A stretch of DNA of 64,000 bases, from the NCBI GenBank assembly GCA_965227295.1, contig OZ245742.1, positions 3,840,001 through 3,904,000 on the forward strand, written 5' to 3'. Below the pieces are notes generated by a model that was not told the DNA's origin, made no database searches, and was given only the letters and a program-made list of their open reading frames with translations. A program made the position numbers and the translations under genes. Below, one piece after another: positions 21,482 to 31,021 of this stretch (its first letter is position 1; every line of letters starts with the position of its first letter). Origin of the DNA: Leptonemataceae bacterium (GTDB lineage Bacteria > Spirochaetota > Leptospiria > Leptospirales > Leptonemataceae).

Positions 21482-21546
21482 AACCGCCGCATTAAAATCG
21501 TTGCCGGGTATGGCGCCCCGGTGTACTTACTAATGGAGCAGTGCAT

Positions 21547-22200
21547 ATGAAAATCTCTCCTTCGATCCTCGCCGCAAACCTCATCGATCTCAAGCAGACC
21601 CTGGCGGGCATGGACGCTTCCGCCATCGATCTCATTCACCTGGACGTGATGGACGGGCACTTCGTCCCGCAACTGTCGTTCGGCGAGGCATACGCGAAGG
21701 CCGTCAAAGAAGCAACGGACATCCCCCTGGACGTCCATCTCATGGTGGATCAACCCGAGGTCGAGGTGCCGAAGTACTTCGAACTCCAGCCACACAACAT
21801 CACCTTTCACGTCGAGGCCACGCACTTTCCCGTGCGCCTGGCCCAGCAAATTCGCGGCGAGGGCATCAAGGCCGGCGTCTCACTGAACCCGGCCACGTCC
21901 GTGGACGTCCTGGAACCCTTCATCGATTCCATCGACATGGTGCTCATCATGAGCGTGGAGCCGGGGTTCTACGGCCAGTCCTTCATTGAAGCGACCTATC
22001 GTAAACTGGAGCGCCTTCAGAATCTGACCGCCGGCCGGGATATCCTGGTTCAGGTGGACGGCGGGGTGAACGCGGAGAACGTCGCGAAGCTCTGGGATCG
22101 GGGCACGCGCAGTGTTGTGGCCGGTTCCTTCCTGTTCAAAGGGGAGGGACCGAACGACCGGGCGCGGCAGCTGAAGAGCGCTTGCGGCATCGCTGTCTGA
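21547..22200 (+). CDS. rpe: Ribulose-phosphate 3-epimerase
   Basis: ISPSILAA, HLDVMDGHFVP, LDVHLM, MSVEPGF.GQ, VDGG. Confidence 0.97.
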   Translation: MKISPSILAANLIDLKQTLAGMDASAIDLIHLDVMDGHFVPQLSFGEAYAKAVKEATDIPLDVHLMVDQPEVEVPKYFELQPHNITFHVEATHFPVRLAQQIRGEGIKAGVSLNPATSVDVLEPFIDSIDMVLIMSVEPGFYGQSFIEATYRKLERLQNLTAGRDILVQVDGGVNAENVAKLWDRGTRSVVAGSFLFKGEGPNDRARQLKSACGIAV

Positions 22201-22290
22201 TCACCCACGGCCGCCGCCCTTTTCGCTGCGAGGCGGCTTATGTCCGGAATAACATTGACATCAACACGGGGGTGGAAATCACTGCCCATC

Positions 22291-22551
22291 GTGGTTCGAA
22301 TTAGATTACAAAGACTGGGCCAGACGCACCGGCCCTTTTATCGCATCGTCGCAGCGGACATCCGGGCACCCCGGGACGGCCGTTTCATTGAGATCCTCGG
22401 CACGTACGATCCGGTCAGCCTGGCGGCAGGGAACATCTCGTTGAAAGAGGAGCGCATCAAGCATTGGCTTGGCGTCGGCGCTCAACCCACCGAGAAGGTT
22501 CGCTCCATCTTGCAAAAGAAAGGTCTGCTCACCCCGGCGGCGGCGAAGTAA
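22291..22551 (+). CDS. rpsP: 30S ribosomal protein S16
   Basis: VRIRLQRLG...PFYRIVAAD.RAPRDGRFIE.LGTYDP, GAQPTEKV; GTG start inferred. Confidence 0.97.
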   Translation: MVRIRLQRLGQTHRPFYRIVAADIRAPRDGRFIEILGTYDPVSLAAGNISLKEERIKHWLGVGAQPTEKVRSILQKKGLLTPAAAK

Positions 22552-22573
22552 CTTCCCGTCGCATCCTCTCATC

Positions 22574-22810
22574 ATGCACGCCAACGAACTCGTCGAATAC
22601 ATCGTTCACAGCCTTGTCGAACAACCCGATCAAGTTCAGATCAACGCCATCCCCGGTACCGAGGAGACCATCATTGAACTCCGGGTGGCGGAGGACGACG
22701 TCGGCAAAGTAATCGGCAAAAACGGCAGTGTGGCACGTGCGCTGCGCACGCTGTTGTCCGCTCTCGGTTCGCGAGAGGACAAGAACTACTCCCTCGAAAT
22801 CATCGACTGA
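22574..22810 (+). CDS. khpA: KH-domain RNA-binding protein
   Basis: ELVEYIV..LV..PD.V, DVGKVIGKNG..ARALRTLL; between rpsP and rimM. Confidence 0.92.
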   Translation: MHANELVEYIVHSLVEQPDQVQINAIPGTEETIIELRVAEDDVGKVIGKNGSVARALRTLLSALGSREDKNYSLEIID

Positions 22811-22820
22811 AGCCTGGCAA

Positions 22821-23429
22821 TTGAATTGCGAGGATCTGATTGCCGTGGCCCGCATAACCAGCGGGGACCCGAGGCCGGGAAGGCATCGTATCACCATTGG
22901 CGGTGACGGGCTTACTGCGCTGAAATTGCCGGCGGAGGTCTGGTTGCATCGCGCCGCGTATCAGGGCAACGATCTGAAGCGGATCCTGGATGCCGTGCGT
23001 CCCCATCCCCGCGACGACGGTGAGTTTCGGGCGGCCGTGCTGGACAAGGCCCGGGTCACCGAAAAGAGTCGCGGCTACGTCGATCTGCAGGCGACTCCGG
23101 GCGAAGGCGGCGAACTGATCAATGACGAACTTCAGGGCTGGTGGATCTGCGTCGAACGAGGGGTGCTGGCGGCGCGGGTGAGGAAGGATGAGTTCTTCGT
23201 CTTTCAGATTCTGGGCCTGCCGGTCTTCGCCGTCGATGAGGATGGGAGTGTATCCGCGGAACCTGCGGGCCACGTCGAAGGTTTCCTGGAGACCGGCGCA
23301 CATGGAGTGCTTGAGGTCCGCACGGTCGACGGCCAGGAAGTTCTGCTGCCCGTTGTCGAAGCATATGTCCGCATGGACCTGAGTGCCGGGCGGATCGAGG
23401 CGCGGGACTTCGGGTACTTCTTGCAGTAA
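22821..23429 (+). CDS. rimM: Ribosome maturation factor RimM (divergent N-terminus)
   Basis: DEFFVFQILGL.V, ETGAHGVLEV, LLPVVEAYV PRC barrel; synteny. TTG start inferred. Confidence 0.8.
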   Translation: MNCEDLIAVARITSGDPRPGRHRITIGGDGLTALKLPAEVWLHRAAYQGNDLKRILDAVRPHPRDDGEFRAAVLDKARVTEKSRGYVDLQATPGEGGELINDELQGWWICVERGVLAARVRKDEFFVFQILGLPVFAVDEDGSVSAEPAGHVEGFLETGAHGVLEVRTVDGQEVLLPVVEAYVRMDLSAGRIEARDFGYFLQ

Positions 23430-23435
23430 TTCACA

Positions 23436-24143
23436 GTGATCTTTCAGATAATAACGCTTTTTCCCGAACGCTATACCGCGTATGTGGAAACCGGCTTGCC
23501 AGCACGGGCCCATACCGGAGGTTTGTTCAAATTATGCCCCGTGAATCTACGGGAGTATGCCGAGCCCGGTCGGCGGGGGCGGGTGGACGACACCCCCTAC
23601 GGTGGCGGGCCCGGAATGGTCATCCAGGTCGGCCCGGTCGATCGGGCGCTGGCGTCACTGGAGCATCGGTTTCCCGTGGTGTTGCTGACACCCCGGGGCG
23701 AACGCCTCACGCAGGATCGCGTCCGATTTTTTGCGGAGTACGGTCAGGATTTGAACGCGGAGGAGCCGCGCGGTTTAACCATCGTCTGCGGCTACTACGA
23801 GGGCGTTGACGAACGCGTCGCCGGGCATCTGGTGGATTACCAGATCAGCATCGGAGACTTTGTCCTCGGTTCCGGTGACCTCGCGGCGTTGTGCCTCATC
23901 GAGGCCGTTACGCGATTGCTGCCCGGTTACATGGGCAGTGAAGAAAGCGGGGTCGTAGAGAGCAACGAGGACGGGCTGCTGGAGTATCCGCAGTACACGC
24001 GTCCGGCGGAATACCGGGGGTGGACGGTACCGGACGTTTTATTAGAAGGGCATCATCAGAAAATCGATGACTGGCGGCGGGAACAGAGCCGCCGCATCAC
24101 GCAACTGCGCCGGAACGAATCCGGCCAGGACGTGAGAGAATAG
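23436..24143 (+). CDS. trmD: tRNA (guanine-37-N1)-methyltransferase
   Basis: [46 protein letters not shown]. Confidence 0.97.
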   Translation: MIFQIITLFPERYTAYVETGLPARAHTGGLFKLCPVNLREYAEPGRRGRVDDTPYGGGPGMVIQVGPVDRALASLEHRFPVVLLTPRGERLTQDRVRFFAEYGQDLNAEEPRGLTIVCGYYEGVDERVAGHLVDYQISIGDFVLGSGDLAALCLIEAVTRLLPGYMGSEESGVVESNEDGLLEYPQYTRPAEYRGWTVPDVLLEGHHQKIDDWRREQSRRITQLRRNESGQDVRE

Positions 24144-24181
24144 AGCAAGAGAACATACAAAGAGAGACGAGGACGCAAACC

Positions 24182-24766
24182 ATGTCCGAAGAAAATAACG
24201 AAGCAACTGAAAACGCCGAAGCCGCAGAAGAAGCAGCACCGGCCCCCGCAAAAATCTCACAGCTCCCGCTGAACGGCGGCAGCATCGCGACCACCCTGGA
24301 CATGGATGCGCAGTTCCAGGAATGGCCGGACTTCTCCGTCGGCGACACCGTGAAGGTCCACTATCGAATCAAAGAGGGCGACAAGGAACGCGTTCAGGTC
24401 TACGAGGGAACCGTCATTGCCATGCGTGGTGCCGGCATGAACAAAACGTTCATCGTCCGTCGCGTTTCTCATGAAGTCGGCGTCGAGCGGATCTTCCCGT
24501 ACCACAGCCCGTCCATCCAGAAGATCGAAACCACCCGGCGTGGTCGCGTCCGTCGGGCGAAGCTCTTTTATCTGCGTCACAAGTCCGGCAAAGAAGGCCG
24601 CATCAAAGAAGTCTTCGATGCCGCTGCCGCGGAAGAAGCGAAGAAAAACAAGAAGCCCCGCAAGACTCGCAAGAAGAAAGCACCGAAGGCCGAGCCGGCT
24701 CCGGTGGCCGCAGCCGAGACCGTGGTGGAAGCCTCTTCCGAGGCGCCCGCCGAGAACGCCGAATAA
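24182..24766 (+). CDS. rplS: 50S ribosomal protein L19 with N- and C-terminal extensions
   Basis: [43 protein letters not shown]. Confidence 0.97.
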   Translation: MSEENNEATENAEAAEEAAPAPAKISQLPLNGGSIATTLDMDAQFQEWPDFSVGDTVKVHYRIKEGDKERVQVYEGTVIAMRGAGMNKTFIVRRVSHEVGVERIFPYHSPSIQKIETTRRGRVRRAKLFYLRHKSGKEGRIKEVFDAAAAEEAKKNKKPRKTRKKKAPKAEPAPVAAAETVVEASSEAPAENAE

Positions 24767-24784
24767 TCTCCGGAGCACGTTCGC

Positions 24785-25432
24785 GTGCCGTTCGAAGATC
24801 TGGAACGCCGGTATCGAAGCACGATGCCGGCGTCTTCACGTACCCTGGTGGCCGGGGTGGACGAAGCCGGGCGGGGCCCCCTGGCCGGCCCCGTGTCCGT
24901 CGGCATCGCCGTTTTTGCGCCGGAGTTTTTCGATGCACCGGTCCCCGCCGACCTGGCAGCCCTCGACGATTCCAAGAATCTGAAGCCCGCGGTGCGTGAG
25001 CAGCTTTATGATGCCGTCCGCCGGCACGCCCTGTTTTCCGCCGTTGTCCACGTATCCAGCCGCATGATCGATCGCCTGCGGATCAATCCCGCGATAGAAT
25101 TTGCGATTCGGCGGGTCCTGTTGCGGTCGTTTGCCGCGACAGTTCTCCCGGATGTCGTACTGGTGGACGGCAACTACAAGCTGGCCTCCGTGCGCGGGGC
25201 CTTTCCGCGACTGCGGTTCGAAAGCGTGGTGAAAGGTGATTCCCGGGTCTTCAGCATTGCCGCGGCCTCGATCCTGGCGAAGGTGACCCGGGACCGGCGC
25301 ATGCTTCGTTATGATCGCCTGTTCCCGGGCTATGGCCTGGCCGATCACAAGGGCTACGGAACAAAGCGGCACCGGGAGCGCATCGCCGGGGTTGGGCCCT
25401 CGCCGATCCATCGCCGCTCGTATCGTTGGTAG
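24785..25432 (+). CDS. rnhB: Ribonuclease HII
   Basis: GVDEAGRGPLAGPV, DSK.L, VDG, VKGD, SIAAASILAKV.RD, HKGYGT. Confidence 0.96.
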   Translation: MPFEDLERRYRSTMPASSRTLVAGVDEAGRGPLAGPVSVGIAVFAPEFFDAPVPADLAALDDSKNLKPAVREQLYDAVRRHALFSAVVHVSSRMIDRLRINPAIEFAIRRVLLRSFAATVLPDVVLVDGNYKLASVRGAFPRLRFESVVKGDSRVFSIAAASILAKVTRDRRMLRYDRLFPGYGLADHKGYGTKRHRERIAGVGPSPIHRRSYRW

Positions 25433-25439
25433 CCGCATT

Positions 25440-25466
25440 TAACTTCTCATTCGCGAAATCCGTTTT
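25440..25466 (+). promoter_or_regulatory. Possible sigma28 (FliA)-type promoter
   Basis: TAAC-N15-TCCGTTTT compared with consensus TAAA-N15-GCCGATAA; 13 nt before the ATG at 25480. Confidence 0.3.
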
Positions 25467-25479
25467 ATTGTAGGACGAT

Positions 25480-26379
25480 ATGGACGTGTCCGCGGTACAG
25501 CTCCAGCCGCTCCGGCTCTCGAAGAACGCCATGGATTTCATCCGCTCCATGGCGGGCCGGGAGATCCGTGCCACGGTGCTTCGAGGCGGGGCCCAGGTCC
25601 TCCTGCGCACCGGCGGCGTTCAGATCGAAGCACGGCTACAGGGACGTCCCCTGGAGGCAGGTCAGAATCTGTATCTGCGTGTCGAGAAAGACCATGGCGG
25701 CCGCTTTCGTCTGGTGGTATTGAATCCGCCGGCAGCAAGCGCTGCTCTGAACGCACCGGCTTTCTCCGGACTCAGCACACCCCTGGCGACACTCTTCGCG
25801 GCCTTTCTCCGGCATACGCAGAAATCCTCGAAGCCGTCCGCTTCGGAGCAGCTTACCTCGAAAGCCGCGTCGCCTGACTCATCGGCCGGCCGGGCTCAGG
25901 GAGATACGGACGCCTCTATGAAATCACAACTGCGTGAGTCGCTCCGCCGCATCACGCAGCAACTGCCCGCTTTCCAGGACGGCGCGCTCCGGGAAGCCAT
26001 GCTGCGCCTTCCGGATGACGCAAACGCGGATCTTTTTTTCGCACAGGGTGTGGGAAACGAAAGCGGCGCGGAGCCCGTCAAAGGAGAGTACGTGGCCGGC
26101 CTGGGTCGCCTGGCGGAAGCACCGTTCTACTTTCTTACGGAGATGCGCGCCCGGTCCCTCGGCAGAATCGGTGCGCTCTTTCTCGCGCCGGATGCGGAAT
26201 TCCGCCGGCTTTCGTTGTTCCTGCATCCGGAGGAAGCGGATACGGCACGGCGCCTGGAACAGGAGATTGCGGAATGGCGAAGGGAACTGGCCGGTGCCGG
26301 CGTGATGTTTGACGCCCTGGAGCTGGTGGCGCCCCGGGAGAATGCGGGCGGTGGTGGATTGCTCAATGTCCAGGTCTAA
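25480..26379 (+). CDS. Hypothetical protein, FliK C-terminal-like
   Basis: N-terminal OB-like stretch; C-terminal ..SLGRIGALF...LEQEIAEWRREL..AG..LLNVQV as seen upstream of FlhB-C genes. Confidence 0.5.
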   Translation: MDVSAVQLQPLRLSKNAMDFIRSMAGREIRATVLRGGAQVLLRTGGVQIEARLQGRPLEAGQNLYLRVEKDHGGRFRLVVLNPPAASAALNAPAFSGLSTPLATLFAAFLRHTQKSSKPSASEQLTSKAASPDSSAGRAQGDTDASMKSQLRESLRRITQQLPAFQDGALREAMLRLPDDANADLFFAQGVGNESGAEPVKGEYVAGLGRLAEAPFYFLTEMRARSLGRIGALFLAPDAEFRRLSLFLHPEEADTARRLEQEIAEWRRELAGAGVMFDALELVAPRENAGGGGLLNVQV

Positions 26380-26453
26380 ACTTACAATCTGATGAAATAC
26401 AAAATTGTCACGAAAGATCGGAATTTCAGGTTTTTTGATCGATTGCCAGGCTA

Positions 26454-26741
26454 ATGTCTCTAGAATCGGATAAGAATTTGCACAGGATGCGCGCAGGCGC
26501 GTTGCGGTTTCGCCCGGACGAGGAGGGAGCGCCTCGATTGCTCGCGCGTGGAAAGGGCGCGCTGGCCGCGGAGATCATCGAAACGGCTCGCCGGAGCGGT
26601 GTCCCGGTAATGAGTGATCCCGCGCTTGCGGAAAGCCTGGCGGAGTTACCTGTCGGAAAAGAAGTGCCGGAGAATTTGTATCGAGCCCTGGCCGGCGTCT
26701 TTGCCCTGGTCTACCGGTTGAACAGCAATAATAGATTATGA
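26454..26741 (+). CDS. FlhB cytoplasmic-domain-like protein (EscU/YscU/HrcU switch family)
   Basis: ALRF...GAPRLLARGKGALAAEII..AR..GVP, LAESL..L..GKEVPENLYRALA. Confidence 0.9.
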   Translation: MSLESDKNLHRMRAGALRFRPDEEGAPRLLARGKGALAAEIIETARRSGVPVMSDPALAESLAELPVGKEVPENLYRALAGVFALVYRLNSNNRL

Positions 26742-28027
26742 AGAAAATCAAAGTGGCAGATCTCAAGCCGGGCATGGTTTTCGATCAGCCCGTGTACATC
26801 GATCCCACGAACGTTCTGGTCCAGGCGAAGCAGGAAATTTCGGCGAAGGACATCGAGCGGCTCACGAAATGGGGCATCCTGCAGGTCGAAACCAGCGGCC
26901 GACTGCTCAACGAAGAAGCGAACGAGGAAGCTGCCGGGGCGGCAACGGCAGCGAAAGCGGGCGCGGCGTCCGGCGGCGCCGCAGTGCCCGCCGCAGCCGG
27001 CGCCCCCCAGGGCGGTGCTCCGGCCGGCGGAGGCGGGACGATCGTCTCGCCTGGCGGCGATAAAAAAAGCGAAGAAATCGTAAAGATCAGCGCGGAGTAC
27101 GAAACGTTGCGCAAGTTCAAGCGCAACTTCCGGAACCTCATTGTTGAAACCGGGGAAGTGCTGCAGACGAACATCCAGGCTCTCGTCGACGGTAAGAACT
27201 TCGAGAACCAGGCTGTCATCAAAGTGGCCGGGCGCCTGGTTGAGGAGCTAACTTCTAAGGATCTATTGTTACTGTCGTTGCGCGGTCTGCGCTACGGCGG
27301 GAATTGGAGTATCTTCCACTCCATTCACGCCGCGTGTTACGGCATCACCCTCGGACACGCTTTGAACTATTCCCGGCCGAAGCTTCAGGAACTGGCCTTC
27401 GCCATGCTGCTCATGGATGCCGGCATGCACAAACTGCCCGGTCACATTCGCGACAAGGCCGCTGAACTTACGGAAGCCGAACGCGCGTCGGTAAAGACGC
27501 ATCCACTGATCGGCTACCAGATGCTCGTCAAGATCGGCAAGGTCAAAGGCTCCCTGGCCACGGTAGCATTGCAGCATCACGAGTCCTTCGACGGGAACGG
27601 CTACCCGCAATCGCTGAAGTCCGGCCAGATCGAAGAGTCGTCCCGCATCGCTTCGATCTGCGACGTATACACCGCCATGATCGAGCCGCGGCCGTATCGT
27701 AAGGCGGTCCTGCCGTATGATGCCATGAAGAACATGCTTTCGGTACAGATGGCGAAGTTCGATCCGAAAATCCTGCGTACATTTTTAGGACGCATTTCCA
27801 TTTACCCGCTGGGTTCGCTCGTGCAACTGAGCAGCAATCACATCGGCATGGTGACGGCGTGCCGCCCGGACAAACCCCTGCGTCCGATCCTGCGACTCAT
27901 GCGGGACGAGGGCGGGCTGCCGTACAACGGCCTTGAGTTCGTCGACCTCATCAAACAAACCGACGTCTACATCGTCAAAGCCCTCGACGCTCCGTCCGCC
28001 GGCATCGACCTGGATTCCGAGATCTAA
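26738..28027 (+). CDS. HD-GYP domain protein with degenerate HD dyad
   Basis: HHESFDGNGYP, HPLIG, ICDVYTAM..RPYR, YPLGSLV; LLMDAG in place of LLHD.G. Confidence 0.9.
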   Translation: MKKIKVADLKPGMVFDQPVYIDPTNVLVQAKQEISAKDIERLTKWGILQVETSGRLLNEEANEEAAGAATAAKAGAASGGAAVPAAAGAPQGGAPAGGGGTIVSPGGDKKSEEIVKISAEYETLRKFKRNFRNLIVETGEVLQTNIQALVDGKNFENQAVIKVAGRLVEELTSKDLLLLSLRGLRYGGNWSIFHSIHAACYGITLGHALNYSRPKLQELAFAMLLMDAGMHKLPGHIRDKAAELTEAERASVKTHPLIGYQMLVKIGKVKGSLATVALQHHESFDGNGYPQSLKSGQIEESSRIASICDVYTAMIEPRPYRKAVLPYDAMKNMLSVQMAKFDPKILRTFLGRISIYPLGSLVQLSSNHIGMVTACRPDKPLRPILRLMRDEGGLPYNGLEFVDLIKQTDVYIVKALDAPSAGIDLDSEI

Positions 28028-28035
28028 GCGCCGCA

Positions 28036-28434
28036 GTGAAAGGCCGTAGCGATCGCAAGTTTCGCCACCCCGATGAAGGCCGGGCGCTCGCATTTCTCGA
28101 AGGCCGCGGCCACATCTTACTGCGTCACAACTATCACACCGGCTATGCCGAAATCGATTTGCTTACGCTGGAACCGGCGCGCGCGGTACTGCACGTCGTC
28201 GAAGTAAAGGCCTGGGCCGGAGACATGGTCCATCCGACGGAGAGTTTTTTAACGAAGAAGAAGCGGGACGGCCTGCGGCGGGCGGTGTTGTCGTTTATGA
28301 GTGAGCTGGAAAACGATGCGGGCGTAACGCGGTTGATCGCGGAACACGGCCTGCATGCGGATGAGCTCGACATAAGCTTTGATCTCGCCTGGCTGCGCGG
28401 CGATTCGGTGGAGTGGTTTTCGGAATTGTTTTGA
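28036..28434 (+). CDS. yraN: YraN-family (UPF0102) PD-(D/E)xK protein
   Basis: E.RA..FL..RG..LL.HNY....EIDL...VVEVK. Confidence 0.8.
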   Translation: MKGRSDRKFRHPDEGRALAFLEGRGHILLRHNYHTGYAEIDLLTLEPARAVLHVVEVKAWAGDMVHPTESFLTKKKRDGLRRAVLSFMSELENDAGVTRLIAEHGLHADELDISFDLAWLRGDSVEWFSELF

Positions 28435-28611
28435 TTCGAAATTCCTGCACGATATGGCAGGCCGTTATGTCACTTGAACACGGACGTGCGGATTGTCCCG
28501 CCGGTTTGCTTTTTTACGACGCGGGTCTGTGCAGTCATGAAAATCATCCATCGCGATTTTTGTGCCCGACCGAAGATGTATTCGGGAGCGCTAAAGTAAG
28601 CGAGCGCACCT

Positions 28612-28655
28612 CGTTCCACGGATGGAACGCACAACATATGTTACAGGGACGTAAC
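28612..28655 (+). promoter_or_regulatory. Tandem ANGGA-loop hairpins (candidate CsrA/RsmA sites) covering the RBS
   Basis: CGTTCC-ACGGAT-GGAACG (28612-28629) and GTTAC-AGGGAC-GTAAC (28640-28655); ATG at 28657. Confidence 0.6.
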
Positions 28656-28656
28656 C

Positions 28657-28857
28657 ATGAAAACTCTCTTAGAAGACGTCGCCCTCGCCGGCGAGGATCG
28701 GGGCTTCGGTCCGGATCCCGTGTTAATGAAAAAGAAAGGCACCCCGTACATCGATCGGGACATCGACGAGTTCAAACGAAAGATATCTGATAAAGATTAT
28801 ATGGAGCACGCGATTGACCGGATTGCTCTGGAGCTGATGCACTTTCTCTCACGATAA
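28657..28857 (+). CDS. Small hypothetical protein (66 aa)
   Basis: AGGGA RBS; amphipathic C-terminus DYMEHAIDRIALELMHFL; fills the gap between yraN and yifB. Confidence 0.75.
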   Translation: MKTLLEDVALAGEDRGFGPDPVLMKKKGTPYIDRDIDEFKRKISDKDYMEHAIDRIALELMHFLSR

Positions 28858-28863
28858 AGCCCG

Positions 28864-30435
28864 TCATTCGGGGGCCAAACGGTACTCATCGAGCATCCGA
28901 AATCCCTCGGCTTCCAGAATATCTACCTCGCGAATTTCGGCGGCTGACTCGAGGTCAGCCAACGTTCGGGCCAGTCGCCGAATTCCCACGAGAGCCCGCC
29001 TGCTGTACTTCGCATTTCCGCTGAATTCTTCCCACAGGCCGCGCGCCTTTGCATCCAGACGAGCGTATTGCTCCAGTTCTTCTACGTTCAATCGACCATT
29101 GTAGCAAAGATTCCTGCGCTTCGCATAACGTTCCCGTCGCAGTGTATCGGCCGCGGCCAGACGCGTGTGCATTTCTTTCATGGTATAAGGCTCATCACGG
29201 GTGTCGCCGTCCACGCGGACTTCGATATCGATGCGATCCCGCAGCGGGCCGAGGATGCGTCCGAGATACGAGCGCACCGATTGCGGCGTGCATTCGCAGA
29301 GCGACGCCTCGCCGGGCGGCGCATCTTTGCGCGCATGTTTGTGATAACCGCAGGGGCAGGGGTTCGTGGTGGCGGCGAGCAGGAACTGCGCCGGCAACAC
29401 CGTGCTCTCCCGACCGCGGCTGATGCGAATTTGACCTTCTTGTAGAGGCTCGCGCAATGCCTGCAGACTATCGCGAGAAAACTCGGCGAGCTCGTCGAGG
29501 ATCAACACGCCGCGGTGCGCGCGGGTGATTTCTCCAGGCAGCAGGGGTTGGCCGCCGCCGATCATGGCGCGCAAAGTACAGGAATGATGCGGAGCGCGCA
29601 GCGGTCGCCACACCGGTATCTCTCCATTGCGGGGCAGCGTTTCGAATTCGCCGCCGCTGTTATTCAGGAAGATATCGAGTCGTTCGCTTGCGTCGGGCGC
29701 GGGAAGGAGCGGGGCCAGTTCCCGCGCCAGGCTGCTCTTGCCGGTTCCCGGCGGGCCGATCATCAGCAGGGCGTGGAATCCCGCGGCCGCGGCCATGAGT
29801 GCACGCTGGTTCTGCCGGGAGATTTTCAATCGATCCAGGCGCGAAGGCGGTTGGCGGGCTACCAATCTCAGTTGGGAAGGGGAAGCGGGGGGTGTGGGCC
29901 GGCCGTGCAGTTCGCGGAGATTGCGCAGCCCGTAGACGATCATATCCGTCACCATTCCCGCCACGGGTAGTTGTTCCGCGGCAACCACCGCACATCGAAA
30001 TCCGTAACTCCTCGCGTTATGCAGCAGTCCGACCAGGTCTCGCACCGGAACGAGGTCTCCGTTGAGAGCGAGTTCGGCGGCGAAGAGCGTACGGTGGCCC
30101 TCGCGTAGCTCCGCATGGATCAGCTCTTCGAGCAGCGAGCCGGAGGGTGGCGGGGCGAGGGCGTTCATGATACAGACCGCCACGGCCAGGTCCAGGTACG
30201 CGCCCCGTCGTCGGGCCTCCGTCGGCGAGAGATTTACCAGAAGATTCATGGCCGGGAAGCGGTGTCCGCTCGCATACAGCGCGCTCTTGATGCGTTCGGC
30301 ACTCTCGCGATGACGTTGGAGACCGTTGATCTGAAACGAGGGCAATCCGCGTCGGAACACGGCTTCGACGGTGGTCACGTTGCTTTCGAACGGTCCGTTG
30401 AGGTAAAGGGTGCTGAGGGAGGCATATCGACGCAT
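28864..30435 (-). CDS. comM: YifB/ComM Mg-chelatase-like AAA+ ATPase
   Basis: ESAERIKSAL, VNLSP, GPPGTGKS, RAPHHS, PGEITRAHRGVLILDE, NPCPCG, LARTLADL. Confidence 0.9.
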   Translation of the reverse strand: MRRYASLSTLYLNGPFESNVTTVEAVFRRGLPSFQINGLQRHRESAERIKSALYASGHRFPAMNLLVNLSPTEARRRGAYLDLAVAVCIMNALAPPPSGSLLEELIHAELREGHRTLFAAELALNGDLVPVRDLVGLLHNARSYGFRCAVVAAEQLPVAGMVTDMIVYGLRNLRELHGRPTPPASPSQLRLVARQPPSRLDRLKISRQNQRALMAAAAGFHALLMIGPPGTGKSSLARELAPLLPAPDASERLDIFLNNSGGEFETLPRNGEIPVWRPLRAPHHSCTLRAMIGGGQPLLPGEITRAHRGVLILDELAEFSRDSLQALREPLQEGQIRISRGRESTVLPAQFLLAATTNPCPCGYHKHARKDAPPGEASLCECTPQSVRSYLGRILGPLRDRIDIEVRVDGDTRDEPYTMKEMHTRLAAADTLRRERYAKRRNLCYNGRLNVEELEQYARLDAKARGLWEEFSGNAKYSRRALVGIRRLARTLADLESAAEIREVDILEAEGFRMLDEYRLAPE

Positions 30436-30516
30436 GCCGTGGAGAGGGAGTGGCCGGCCTCGTTCGTTGCGCACTTTTTCCGCGAAAGTTGATTTTTTTT
30501 TGCCGTACAGGTCGCG

Positions 30517-30960
30517 ATGAAGAACGGTGCACCGGTGTTTGCGATCCGAAGCATCTCTCTTTGCGGAATTCTTGCCGTAGCCGTTTTGCTGGCGCCGGCC
30601 TGCGCTCCGGCCCTGTTGCGGCAGCCGGACGTCCAGAATCTGAACAACCAGTACGGCAATCAGATCTTCGTGGCGACGAAAGACATCGAGGCCGGCTTCA
30701 GCACGCCCGAAAATCCCGAGAAACCGGAGATCCTGTTTGCCCGGGGCGCGCGTGTGCGGTTGCGCGTGGAAAGCCAGGGCGACTGGTTACGTGTGCGGGC
30801 CATCCCGGCGGACCAGGACCGCGAGCACAACCCGGGGCAGGTGGTCATCTACGTCTTTCGCGACTTCCTTGAGGAAGACGAAGAGCCGGACGAGGTGGTG
30901 GATCGTTACCCGCCGGATCGTCTCCAGCAGGAGATTGACGCCCTGTTCCGGCCGGAATAA
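30517..30960 (+). CDS. Lipoprotein upstream of the T2SS cluster
   Basis: Signal peptide ending LAPAC; SH3-like beta region (VRLRVES.GDWLRVRA). Confidence 0.7.
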   Translation: MKNGAPVFAIRSISLCGILAVAVLLAPACAPALLRQPDVQNLNNQYGNQIFVATKDIEAGFSTPENPEKPEILFARGARVRLRVESQGDWLRVRAIPADQDREHNPGQVVIYVFRDFLEEDEEPDEVVDRYPPDRLQQEIDALFRPE

Positions 30961-31021
30961 GTCCGGAATCGAGTAAAAGTCGCATTATAGAATTCAGAGG
31001 GATCAGGTCGATACTGGAATT

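Noticed and set aside
22240..22290. Longer starts for rpsP (also 22469 for khpA and 22728 for rimM)
   Set aside because: The extensions overlap a promoter or upstream genes and lack family similarity
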